Shown here piece after piece: positions 8,344 to 17,549 of a stretch of 32,738 bases of DNA. The notes below the pieces were generated by a model. It saw nothing but the letters and a program-made list of their open reading frames with translations. It was not told the origin of the DNA and did not search any database. Within the stretch, counting starts at the first letter, position 1. Each line of letters begins with the position of its first letter. A program made the translations under genes and the position numbers. Origin of the DNA: Chthonomonas calidirosea (GTDB taxonomy: Bacteria; Armatimonadota; Fimbriimonadia; Fimbriimonadales; Fimbriimonadaceae); contig CAMAPH010000033.1 of NCBI GenBank assembly GCA_945859975.1, positions 1-32,738 of the forward strand, read 5' to 3'.

Positions 8344-11254
8344 CTACTTCCGCGCCGCAAGGTACCCCCAAACAAACACGTTCGGCGTCCAGGCATCCAC
8401 CGTGTATTCCTCGGTCGCCGGATACAAGTACGTCTCGAAGAGTGCCTCATGGATCGGCCAGTTGTATGGGCTCGGCACCCCAACCCGGCTCACATGCCAC
8501 TGAATGGGCCACGTAAAGAATCCGTTATCGGGCCAACCCACGTAGTCGCAATTGCCATAGACCGTGATCCCTTCCGGAATCGCCTGTCCCGGAATGCGAT
8601 AGTCAATCTTAAACGGCCTCGCGCTTCTAACTCCGAGACCAGACGTGTAGGTCAGATTGTTCGGGTTCGCGCCACCCGAAAAGAGACAAGCCTGAACCGT
8701 CCCCGCCAGATACTCCGGCTTGCCGGAGAAAGTGGGCCCGTGCCACCTCAATCGCGTTAGGCGAACTGTAAAAGCCCAAAAACGCGGGCTTTCCGACGTC
8801 GTTGGTGGTTAGGTTCCAGCCGTTACTCTCGGCGTACTTTAAGGCGGTTTGCGCTTCCGCTTCCAAGGCCGATTTCGCGCGCAGTTTGAGTTCTGCCTGA
8901 CCGAGACCTTGCGGCAGCCGCGCGTAGACAAACGCCGAATCCGTTTGCACCGCCGTACCATAGGCAAACAGTTTCGGCTCCGGTTTGGTGAGAACCGCGT
9001 TTTCGAGGAAGACCTGGTGCCACTTGTCGTCTTTCGTCGAACGGTACACAAGCAACGCCGCGAGGTTACGCGCGTCCCACATCTCCCAGGCAATCTTGCT
9101 TCGCACCGGCGCAAGGTTCGCTTCCGCCCAGGTCATGGCCTTGAGAGCGCTCTCCCGGTAAGTCTTGGACAGCGCCGGGTCATAAGGCTTGACCAGATCC
9201 GAGAACCGGATCGCCGCCGCTGCGTAAACCCAACTGCTATAGGGATCGGCCGCATACACATATGCCGGCATGGATTGAAGCCAAGAAACTTCCCCTTCGA
9301 TTGGATCCCCGTTCGTCTCGATGCCAAACCGAACCCCGCCGTGCGGTAGTTGCAACCGCCGGAAGCAGTCAAGCTCCCACAGCGCTTCGTTCAGGATGTC
9401 CGGAGCTTTCGTTGGCTTTGGAATGTTGAGACTTTGCTCAGCGCCAAATCCCGGGAAGAGCTCGAACAACTCCATCTGGGCCATCGTCACCTTCAAGTGC
9501 GTTACGCGCCTAGGGTTCCAGTCGCCCGCATCGTGGTACCCACCCCAAGCCTCGGGAACAAGCTTGCCGGTGCTGGTCTTCTCCAACTTTTCGAACGCTT
9601 CGTTCCCATCTAGGACGGAGTGAGTGCATTGGTAAACAAGTTGCCCATCGGCGGGGTGCATGTCGCGCGGCTTTCGATAGGTGGTGTACGGTGGCCCCAA
9701 CTCCATCCCGGACCGGTTGTGATACAGCCCTCGCATTTGGGTGCGAAATGCCTTGTGCCAAACGTTTTCTGCGATCGGGAACGGGTCGCTCGTGCCGACG
9801 CCATCAACCACGACCTTGTAGGTTCCCGGCTTGGTGACCTGCGGGAAGTCCATTCGATAAACGTCGGTCAGGCTGTAGTTCACGTGCTTGTTCTGAATCA
9901 GCTCTTTTTCGGTGGCTTTCTTCGTAAACTTGGCCGTGCCGGAAGCGACGGTTGCGCCCGTTACCGCTTCGACAATGCGGAATTTCGGTGCGTCCCCAAA
10001 GCTATGCGCGCCGCCGGTCCCGAGCCACTCTGACAAGAATGCCCGCTTCACCGGATCGCTCGGACGGAATCCAATCTGGTTCACGTGAACGGCCTGGCTC
10101 TGCGTTTTATCTGGCGCGTAACGGATCTTCTGCGGCCCGCCTTGGACGTTAACCTTGCCCCAATTGAGGGTGTATTCGGCACCTGGTGCAAGCGTCGAAG
10201 GCAGCTTCAGATACACCCGATGCCGAAGCACCATCTCATAGCTCGGCATCGCTGCATTCACGGGGCGAGCCTTGCGATGAACCTCGACCGGCCGAATCGT
10301 GATGCCGCTCCCTTCAAGCGAGTACTGATTTCGGTCGGCGGCGTATTCCTCAATCAGCGGGTCGCCTTCAAACTTCTCGATGTTCGCGAGCCAATCGCGC
10401 TTGGGGCCAATGAGGTAGCCGATCCGATTTCCGCCCCGAACCAAGAACACCTTCGGCCCATCTTTTTGTACTTCGTCACCCGGCTGAGGCACGTATTTCG
10501 CTAAACCCGCACCGGAGACCTTTCCGGATTCAAGCTCCAAGCAAACAAGCTGTGGCCCGAGGAAGGAGTACGACAAAAACCGAGGTGACTGAGCCGAGAT
10601 CGTTCCGTATTTGGTGCGTAACTCTGCCCGTGCCGCTTCCGCTTGTCGATCGGCTTCGGCTTGCGCTTGTTGAGTTTTCTCTCTCGCCGCCGTCGCTGCG
10701 GCATCAGGCACTCTGACACCGATCTTCAGCACGTCCACCTCAAGGGCATCGTCTGATGACCAGTCGCCGAGCAGTTGAAACTGGATGAGGCTCTTTAGGT
10801 TTGGCTTGCCCTTGGACTTTCCTGTTGCGTCCTTTCCAAGTTCTTCTGGCTCGCTGAGTGGGCCGCCACTTATGGGCGTTATCCATGCGGTTCCAGATTT
10901 CGGGAGTGCAAAAGTCCACGCTCCCGAACGCTCCGCATCATCAACCAACATCAGTTTGATTCGGTTTGCCTTGTTGTTCGTCCCCACGTTCACCTGCAAC
11001 GTGGGTACAAGGTCAGTATCGGCACTTAGATCAATCGGCGGCTGGATGTTCGTCCCCGCTCCGCCGCGAGGAGTTGCTCGGAGCACCGCCCGCCCACCTT
11101 CAACCTTCACCTTGTTTTCCCAGGAAAGGTACGAGAAGAGGAACGGCCGGTCGAGGCGAATGATTTCCCGAGGCTCTTGCGGCGGACGGCCGATAAGCAG
11201 GCTGGCTAGGCCAATCGTCGCAAACGACAAACAATGTGTAACGTGGGTATTCAT
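8344..11254 (-). pseudogene. GH9 glycoside hydrolase (cellulase-like) with a frameshift near 8728 (pseudogene, sequencing error or recoding)
   Basis: VHVNQIGF (Ig-like CelD_N) and GGYHDAGDW in ORF 8627-11263. The GH9 C-terminus (SGKPEYL...GANPNNLTYTSGLG...TEEYTV) continues in another frame, ORF 8344-8751. Confidence 0.8.
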
Positions 11255-11388
11255 CGCAAGCACCGTTGCTCGGTCTATTGTAGACGCGCCGATTTACGAA
11301 TACGTGCGTGGCATAGCCTGAACAAACTTTTGTTCAGAAAAAGTCTTAGGTCGCCGAATGACTAGGCAGAACCATTCCAGACAGAAAT

Positions 11389-11746
11389 TGGTGGAGGCGG
11401 GGAGAATTGAACTCCCTTCCAAAACCGTCGGCCCTCCCATTAACCACGAGCGTCTCCTCTGTACTTTATCTCGATGTCACTCTCTGCCGAGGCCGCCTGA
11501 GCGATCATCCAGTCTGGTTATTTTAGACTAGCTTGCTACAGACGGAAGCTCACCAGTCGATCCCGATTTTTTTACACCCGGAACTCTCCCTACGGGCTCG
11601 AGAGAGGCGGACGTCGGGCCTAAATTAGGCCGCGAATGCGTAGTTGTTGTTCGCAGCTACTTTTTTTCTCGTTTTTTACGTGGCCCACGAGAATCCACGG
11701 CTCGCAACAGAAAGTCAAACCGGCCCTGTCGAAGCCGTTCGCCCCC
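11389..11746 (-). ncRNA. ssrA: tmRNA (transfer-messenger RNA)
   Basis: 5' GGGGGCGAACGGCTTCGAC; 3' GGGAGTTCAATTCTCCCCGCCTCCACCA; 358 nt; internal tag reading frame. Confidence 0.96.
11625..11654 (-). other. tmRNA proteolysis tag coding region, ANNNYAFAA*
   Basis: gcg aac aac aac tac gca ttc gcg gcc taa, with the typical AN...YAxAA ending. Confidence 0.9.
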
Positions 11747-11806
11747 AATTACAATTCAGTATGACATTTACCTAGGGGTACAGGTTCCGCAAGTAGGACT
11801 TAGAAA

Positions 11807-13954
11807 CTACACCGGAGTGCGTGCTTTCGCGGGCGCACGGAACTGCTTGATAATCTTGTACAGGTCGTGCGCTGCAACTGGCTTGGTAAGGAATTCCACC
11901 ATGCCGAGCCGGATGCATCGCAATCGGTCGTCCTGGTTCGCGTTCGCCGTGAGCGCAACCACCGGGATCTTCCACTTTTGCGCGATGCGGCGATAGGTCT
12001 CATAACCGTCGAGACCAGGCATCTGCAAGTCGAGCAAGACAATGTCAAATTCTCCGTTATGTTCTTGCAACAAATCGAGTGCGCGGAAGCCATCTTCGGC
12101 GTGGATAACAATGCAGCCCGTGCGTTCCAAAAGTCGCTGAACCACGAGGGCGTTGATGTTATTGTCTTCCACCAACAGCACCCGCGTGTCGTTGATGTCG
12201 GGCACTTCCGGCGTTTGCTCAACCTTGCCTTCAATCTCATCCAGCGGCAACAAAATCGTGATCTTCGTTCCAACGCCCGGCTCGCTTTCTAGCGCCAAGG
12301 TGCCGTTGAACAGTTCGACTGTTTGCTTGACAATGGCCAAACCAAGCCCCGTGCCTCCATAAACGCGCGAGTCGCTGGCGTCCGCCTGTTGGAACGGATC
12401 GAAGACGCGACCTTGCTTGTCAATTGGAATACCGATGCCGGTGTCCTCGACAATGAACTCAACGCGCGATCCGACTTTGCGAACCATGACCGCAATACGG
12501 CCGGATTCGGTGAACTTGACCGCGTTGCTGACAAGGTTGTTGAGGGTTTGGCGAAGCTTGCTTGGGTCTGTGCTGACGAAGTGTGGTACTTCGTTTGCCA
12601 TCTCATAGACAAAGTCGATTCCCCGGCTTGTGGCGGTCGCCTCGTGCCCTTTAACCACGTCTTTCACAAGCTGGCGCAGGTCCGTATCCTTTCGTTCCAG
12701 CTCGAACTTTCCGGCCTCCAGTTTGCTGAGGTCCAGAATGTCGTTTACAACGTGCAGAAGCGTACGGCTACAGCCCTGAATGGCCTGAACATAGCCTCGC
12801 TGCTCCCGGCTCATCTCGGTAGCCTGCATCAGCTCGGCGATACCGATAACGCCGTTGAGCGGGGTTCGAATTTCGTGGCTGACGTTGGCAATGAAGCGGG
12901 ACTTTGCCGCGCTTGCGTTTTCGGCGTATTCCTTCGCCGAAGACAGCTCGCGCTCGTAGGCTAGAACTTCGGTCATGTCGTTGAACTGATAGACCGCGCC
13001 AACGTTGTCGCCCATGGCATCCGTAACCGGATAGCGAAGAAGCTGGTAAGTGCGGTCGTCGGTCAGGAACCAAGGATCCTGCCACTTGCCGCAGCGGTTG
13101 ATTGTGGTGAGTGCCGTCTGGCCAAGCATGCGAGGGCTTTTGAGACCAAACATCCTTCGGGCCGCTTCGTTCACGTCGATGATGCGATCATTCTCCGCGG
13201 TGACCAAAACCGGCATCGGAAGCTGCTCAACCACCAAGTCACGAGCGATCGGAGCAAGATCAAACAGCGACCATCGGAAGACGCTACCGGCCAGCGCCAC
13301 TCCCGCAATCCCCATTAGGGCTGGAGTTGGGTCGTATCCTTCGACCGGAGACAGACCGCAAACGTAGGCCGCACTTCCGAGCACTGGCGCCAAAACGCCG
13401 AAGAGCATGATACGGGTCTGTTTTCGGTACAGATTGTTCTTGCTCAGCGCCAGCTGGGCGATTAACAATACGCCAACGATAATCTGAAGGTAAGTCAGAC
13501 CGAGGTTGATCAGGTACCAAGGTCCTTTGTCGTACTCCAAGTTCCCGAATCCGTTGAGACTGTTGAAGCTCAGATTCCGGCGGAACCACTGGTTGCGTGT
13601 GTCGGCAAAAATGATTGGTAGAGAGATCGCCGCTTGGATGTACGGCACATACTTCAGCCACTTGGGCGGCGTTTCGAACGCGTTGCTGTAGTAGATGCCG
13701 AGAAGTAAGATTGCAGGCCCTAGGAAAACCAGTCCGAGGTACTGAAAATTCGCCCAAAACTTGGCGGTCGTACTATTGCCCGAACAAAGTTCCAGCGCGT
13801 AGCCGAAACACCAAACCATTGCCGAGCTGGCAAGAAAGAAGACAGGCCCGGACGTACGCTGGCTGCGATAGCTTGCTGCAGCGATCCCAACGATCAGCAG
13901 AATGACTCCGCTGAGGATGGGAAGTACCGCGTAATTGCTCCAAGCGTAGCTCAA
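11807..13954 (-). CDS. Hybrid sensor histidine kinase/response regulator (HisKA_7TM-like input, PAS-like, HisKA, HATPase, REC)
   Basis: About 7 TM segments at the N-terminus; SHEIRTPLNG, NLVSNAVKFT, DTGIGI, GGTGLGL, LLDLQMP. TTG start. Confidence 0.93.
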   Translation of the reverse strand: MSYAWSNYAVLPILSGVILLIVGIAAASYRSQRTSGPVFFLASSAMVWCFGYALELCSGNSTTAKFWANFQYLGLVFLGPAILLLGIYYSNAFETPPKWLKYVPYIQAAISLPIIFADTRNQWFRRNLSFNSLNGFGNLEYDKGPWYLINLGLTYLQIIVGVLLIAQLALSKNNLYRKQTRIMLFGVLAPVLGSAAYVCGLSPVEGYDPTPALMGIAGVALAGSVFRWSLFDLAPIARDLVVEQLPMPVLVTAENDRIIDVNEAARRMFGLKSPRMLGQTALTTINRCGKWQDPWFLTDDRTYQLLRYPVTDAMGDNVGAVYQFNDMTEVLAYERELSSAKEYAENASAAKSRFIANVSHEIRTPLNGVIGIAELMQATEMSREQRGYVQAIQGCSRTLLHVVNDILDLSKLEAGKFELERKDTDLRQLVKDVVKGHEATATSRGIDFVYEMANEVPHFVSTDPSKLRQTLNNLVSNAVKFTESGRIAVMVRKVGSRVEFIVEDTGIGIPIDKQGRVFDPFQQADASDSRVYGGTGLGLAIVKQTVELFNGTLALESEPGVGTKITILLPLDEIEGKVEQTPEVPDINDTRVLLVEDNNINALVVQRLLERTGCIVIHAEDGFRALDLLQEHNGEFDIVLLDLQMPGLDGYETYRRIAQKWKIPVVALTANANQDDRLRCIRLGMVEFLTKPVAAHDLYKIIKQFRAPAKARTPV

Positions 13955-14046
13955 GTTTAGTCCTTTGGTATCTAAGTGATCGGGATTTATTTGGGATTTT
14001 CTCGTAAATCTGCCAAAGTCCCCAAAAAAGAGAAGTGTATCCTAGC

Positions 14047-14214
14047 CTACGATGCATCGCGCGACGTTTGCGGAAAACTTGTAATCTCCACAGGTTGAGC
14101 CGGCCGCTGTCGGGGCCAAATCCAAAACAAAGCAAGTGTTCCCACGAGCACCAAAAGCAAAAGAACCTGGATCACCGGGCCACTTCTACTCGCGCCGTGA
14201 ACACTGCGTAGCAT
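14047..14214 (-). CDS. Putative small single-TM protein (55 aa)
   Basis: [20 protein letters not shown] hydrophobic stretch; TACCCT 6 nt upstream of ATG 14214. Confidence 0.45.
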   Translation of the reverse strand: MLRSVHGASRSGPVIQVLLLLVLVGTLALFWIWPRQRPAQPVEITSFPQTSRDAS

Positions 14215-14283
14215 AAACCGAGGGTACCTAGGGCAGTAGTCCCGGAATTGAGTGAAAAATTCTGAACCTGCTAAGATCAATTT

Positions 14284-15054
14284 GTGGATCGCCGTGGATT
14301 ATTGGTCTGGCCTGCGGCGCAAGCGTTCTTAGAATTTGTTGGGGAAACGACGCTTATTCTCGGCGATGCGATTCGCGGCCTGTTCCGCCGTCCGTTCGAA
14401 GCAAAAGAAACGCTCGACCAAATGTCATTCGTTGGGCTCTCATCCGTGCCCATCGTTTCGATGACCGGCTTCTTTTCCGGCGCCGTCCTTTCGCTCTATC
14501 TCAGTAAGTTCTTGACCCAATACGGTGCCACGCCCTTTGTTGGCGGAACCGTCGGTCTGACCGTTACGCGCGAAGTTGGACCCGTGCTTGCAGGCATCAT
14601 GGTCGCCGCGCGCTGTGGCAGCGCCATGGCCGCCCAGCTTGGAACCATGAAAGTCACGGAGCAAATCGACGCGCTCAAAATGCTCAGCGTAAATCCGAGC
14701 AACTACTTGGTCGTGCCTCGCATCCTTGCGGGAGTCATCATGCTTCCGATGCTGGCGCTGGTCTGCATGTGGTCGGGCATTGTCGGTGGTCTTCTCATTG
14801 CCTACAGCGAAGGCGTGCCCATCGCGACCTTCCTCCAGTCGCTCCAGCAATTCCTCAAGCCAGAAGACTTCCTCAAGGGAATGATAAAAGGCCCCTTCTT
14901 CGGCCTCATCGTCGCGTTGGTGGCCTGTCAACAGGGTTTGCGTACCGATAACGGCGCGGTCGGCGTCGGGAAGGCGACCACCAACACCGTCGTCATTTCC
15001 ATGGTGCTGATCTACATCAGCAACTTCCTGCTGGCGCAACTCCTATTTCGCTAG
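14284..15054 (+). CDS. mlaE: MlaE/YrbE-family ABC transporter permease
   Basis: REVGPVLAGIMVAARCGSAMAAQLGTMKVTEQIDAL, GAVGVGKATT. Confidence 0.92.
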   Translation: MDRRGLLVWPAAQAFLEFVGETTLILGDAIRGLFRRPFEAKETLDQMSFVGLSSVPIVSMTGFFSGAVLSLYLSKFLTQYGATPFVGGTVGLTVTREVGPVLAGIMVAARCGSAMAAQLGTMKVTEQIDALKMLSVNPSNYLVVPRILAGVIMLPMLALVCMWSGIVGGLLIAYSEGVPIATFLQSLQQFLKPEDFLKGMIKGPFFGLIVALVACQQGLRTDNGAVGVGKATTNTVVISMVLIYISNFLLAQLLFR

Positions 15055-15423
15055 ATTAAGCAGCTCAGTTTGAAGGCGAGGAAGCTCTGCCTGGGACAAA
15101 ACAAAGAGAATCGTAACTTGGTCCAGGAAGTCGGGCTCAGATCGAAGCCGAACCGTCGCGTGAAGCTCGTCCTTCTTCGCCATCGCAAACATGATGTCGA
15201 GGCTGCCATTGTCGAGCAGCCAGTGAAAGTGCCCGGCTTTCTCTTCTTCTAGTTGTGACAATTTAGTAGCCGCATTCCGAATCTCATCCTCTGAGACCAA
15301 CATTGACACGGCTGCGCTGAACCAAACTGCATCGAGCCGGGCGGCAAGCCGAACCTGCTCTTCCGTCCGCGAGATCCGTTGCAACTTCAGCCGCTTCGAA
15401 GCCTCAAGGAACTGCATGGTCAC
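15043..15423 (-). CDS. Hypothetical protein
   Basis: 126-aa ORF; GTG start overlaps the der stop (GTGA), alternative ATG at 15417. Confidence 0.6.
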   Translation of the reverse strand: MTMQFLEASKRLKLQRISRTEEQVRLAARLDAVWFSAAVSMLVSEDEIRNAATKLSQLEEEKAGHFHWLLDNGSLDIMFAMAKKDELHATVRLRSEPDFLDQVTILFVLSQAELPRLQTELLNLAK

Positions 15424-16775
15424 CGTTCTTCGCGTTTATGACTCTCGCGGGCTAGGATCCGAATCGGCGTTCCGCCCAGCGGAAACACCGCGCGAATCTT
15501 GTTCAACAGGTACCGCTCGTAGCTAAAGTGGAACAACTCTGGGTCGTTCATGAACAGCGCAAACGTCGGCGGGCGAGTGCTCACCTGCGTCGCGTAGTAA
15601 ATCTTCAGTCGCTTACCCTTCGAAGTGTAAGGCCGTTCGAACATCGCTTCGCCGATGATCTTGTTCAGCTGACCGGTTGAGATGCGGAACGAGTAGTTCT
15701 CTACCGCCGCCAGAATCTCGTCCAAAACCGGCTCCAACCCCGCGCTCTCTGCGGCAGAAGTAAACGCCGCGTTGGCGTAGGCAAGCTCCGGAATCTGGTC
15801 TCGGAGGATCTTCAAGAAGTCCTTCTTAATCAGCGAGCTTCGCTTCGGAAGGCCGTCTGGCGGCTCCTTCAGGTCCCACTTGTTGATCGCAAAAACGCAG
15901 GCCTTACCGGCATCGTGCGCTAGCTTCATGATTCGCTTGTCGCCGTCGGTCAAACCTTCGTTTCCATCGACAACCACCATCGCGCAGTCCGCTCGCTCAA
16001 GCGCGCGCTGGGCTCGGTTGACCATGTAGTACTCAACCGTTCCCTGAATCTTTCCGCTTCGGCGAATTCCCGCCGTATCGATGAGCCGGAAGCTGTCTTC
16101 CTTGTAATCCAAAACGGTATCAATCGCGTCCCGGGTCGTGCCCGCGATGCTGGAAACGATCATCCGCTGCTCGCCGGTGAAAGCGTTGATCATGCTGGAC
16201 TTGCCGACATTTGGCCGTCCGACGATCGCGACCTTGATCTCTTCCTTCACCATGCCCAAATCGGCATCGGCAGGAGGCAGCAACTTCACGATCTCGTCCA
16301 GCGCATCGGCTACGCCGCGACCGTGCAGGCCAGAAACCGGATAAACGTCTCCAAGTCCCAAGGCATAAAATTCGTTGGCGTAATCGTCGCGGTTCGGGTT
16401 ATCCGCCTTATTGACGATCACGAGAAGCGGCTTTTTGATGCCACGAAGCTGGTTAGCAAGGTCCCAGTCATCGCCGGTAATGCCCGCCGTGCCATCGGCC
16501 ATGAACAACACAACGTCCGCTTCCGACAACGCAATGTTTGCCTGAACCCGGATCTGCTCGACCAGCGGGTCTTCTTCCTGAAAGACAATTCCGCCCGTAT
16601 CCACGATCTGGAATGTCCGCCCGTTCCACGTGGCTTCGCTATAAAGTCGGTCGCGGGTGATGCCGGGGGAGTCTTCGACAACGGCAATTCGTTTGCCGAC
16701 AACGCGGTTAAAGACCGTGCTTTTGCCGACGTTTGGTCGGCCAACAATAACAACTAAGGGGAGCTTGGCGACCAT
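15420..16775 (-). CDS. der: Ribosome biogenesis GTPase Der (EngA)
   Basis: Two G domains (GRPNVGKS twice, DTGG/DTAG, NKAD/NKWD) plus a KH-like C-terminus. Confidence 0.97.
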   Translation of the reverse strand: MVAKLPLVVIVGRPNVGKSTVFNRVVGKRIAVVEDSPGITRDRLYSEATWNGRTFQIVDTGGIVFQEEDPLVEQIRVQANIALSEADVVLFMADGTAGITGDDWDLANQLRGIKKPLLVIVNKADNPNRDDYANEFYALGLGDVYPVSGLHGRGVADALDEIVKLLPPADADLGMVKEEIKVAIVGRPNVGKSSMINAFTGEQRMIVSSIAGTTRDAIDTVLDYKEDSFRLIDTAGIRRSGKIQGTVEYYMVNRAQRALERADCAMVVVDGNEGLTDGDKRIMKLAHDAGKACVFAINKWDLKEPPDGLPKRSSLIKKDFLKILRDQIPELAYANAAFTSAAESAGLEPVLDEILAAVENYSFRISTGQLNKIIGEAMFERPYTSKGKRLKIYYATQVSTRPPTFALFMNDPELFHFSYERYLLNKIRAVFPLGGTPIRILARESHKREER

Positions 16776-16805
16776 CTGGACTCTCCAAGGTACCTGAGTT
16801 CACCC

Positions 16806-17519
16806 CTATTCCTCGCTATTTAGGTTCGATTCGAAGCTAGAAAGGTACTTCGCAATCCGCTTTCCGCCGGCCCCTTCAGCAAGCAGCTTGCGAATGCGGT
16901 CGATGGCAAGCTCCGCGCAGAGACCCGCATCGACCTCTGCCCCAAACTCAGAGTTTTCCGCGAAGTAAAACAGGTCCCCCCGTCCCAGCAGGCTCAACCG
17001 CCCGTCCACCACCATCCGAACCCCACTTGGCACCTCCGCGAACACCAAATCAACGCCGCGCTCGATTGCTGCCTGCGAATCCTCCGCCAACTGGTCCAGC
17101 GCCGCGGAGTCGGCAAGGATATGAGCGAACTGTTTGCTCGCCTGCAGCATCGCCTGCGCCCGCCCAATCGCAAAAGCCCGCGACCGGGAGGTGTAAATCC
17201 GGTCATCCTTCGCCGTCGAGATCGTGCTCAAAAGCTCGGTCCTGAGCTTAGTGGTCAGCGTTTCTCGCTCTCGAGCCCACCGGGCAATCAACTCATCCAA
17301 GGGCACGGCCTTGCACAGCCGGGTATCGCCCTCTTCAATAAGAATTGCCCCCTTTTGGTCCAGGGTTTCAATCGCCTTGTACGTGTTCGCCGCGGGCTTC
17401 TTAATCGCCTGCGCAATCCGATATCCGCTTGCCGGCCATTCGACCAGCAAGAAGGCGTAAATCTCCGCCTCCAGCCCCGTGAAACCAAACTCGGTTAGAT
17501 ATTGCGCAGCGTTCGACAT
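16806..17519 (-). CDS. TrmB-family transcriptional regulator
   Basis: L..FGFT.LEA.IY..LL...PASGYRIA......AN.YK.IE.L..KGA winged-HTH pattern. Confidence 0.82.
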   Translation of the reverse strand: MSNAAQYLTEFGFTGLEAEIYAFLLVEWPASGYRIAQAIKKPAANTYKAIETLDQKGAILIEEGDTRLCKAVPLDELIARWARERETLTTKLRTELLSTISTAKDDRIYTSRSRAFAIGRAQAMLQASKQFAHILADSAALDQLAEDSQAAIERGVDLVFAEVPSGVRMVVDGRLSLLGRGDLFYFAENSEFGAEVDAGLCAELAIDRIRKLLAEGAGGKRIAKYLSSFESNLNSEE

Positions 17520-17549
17520 CCAAAAAAGGATAGCGCGAACTACTAATAT

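Noticed and set aside
11389..11430. tRNA gene or att site
   Set aside because: It is the tRNA-like 3' domain of tmRNA; no duplicate copy or integrase seen in the window.
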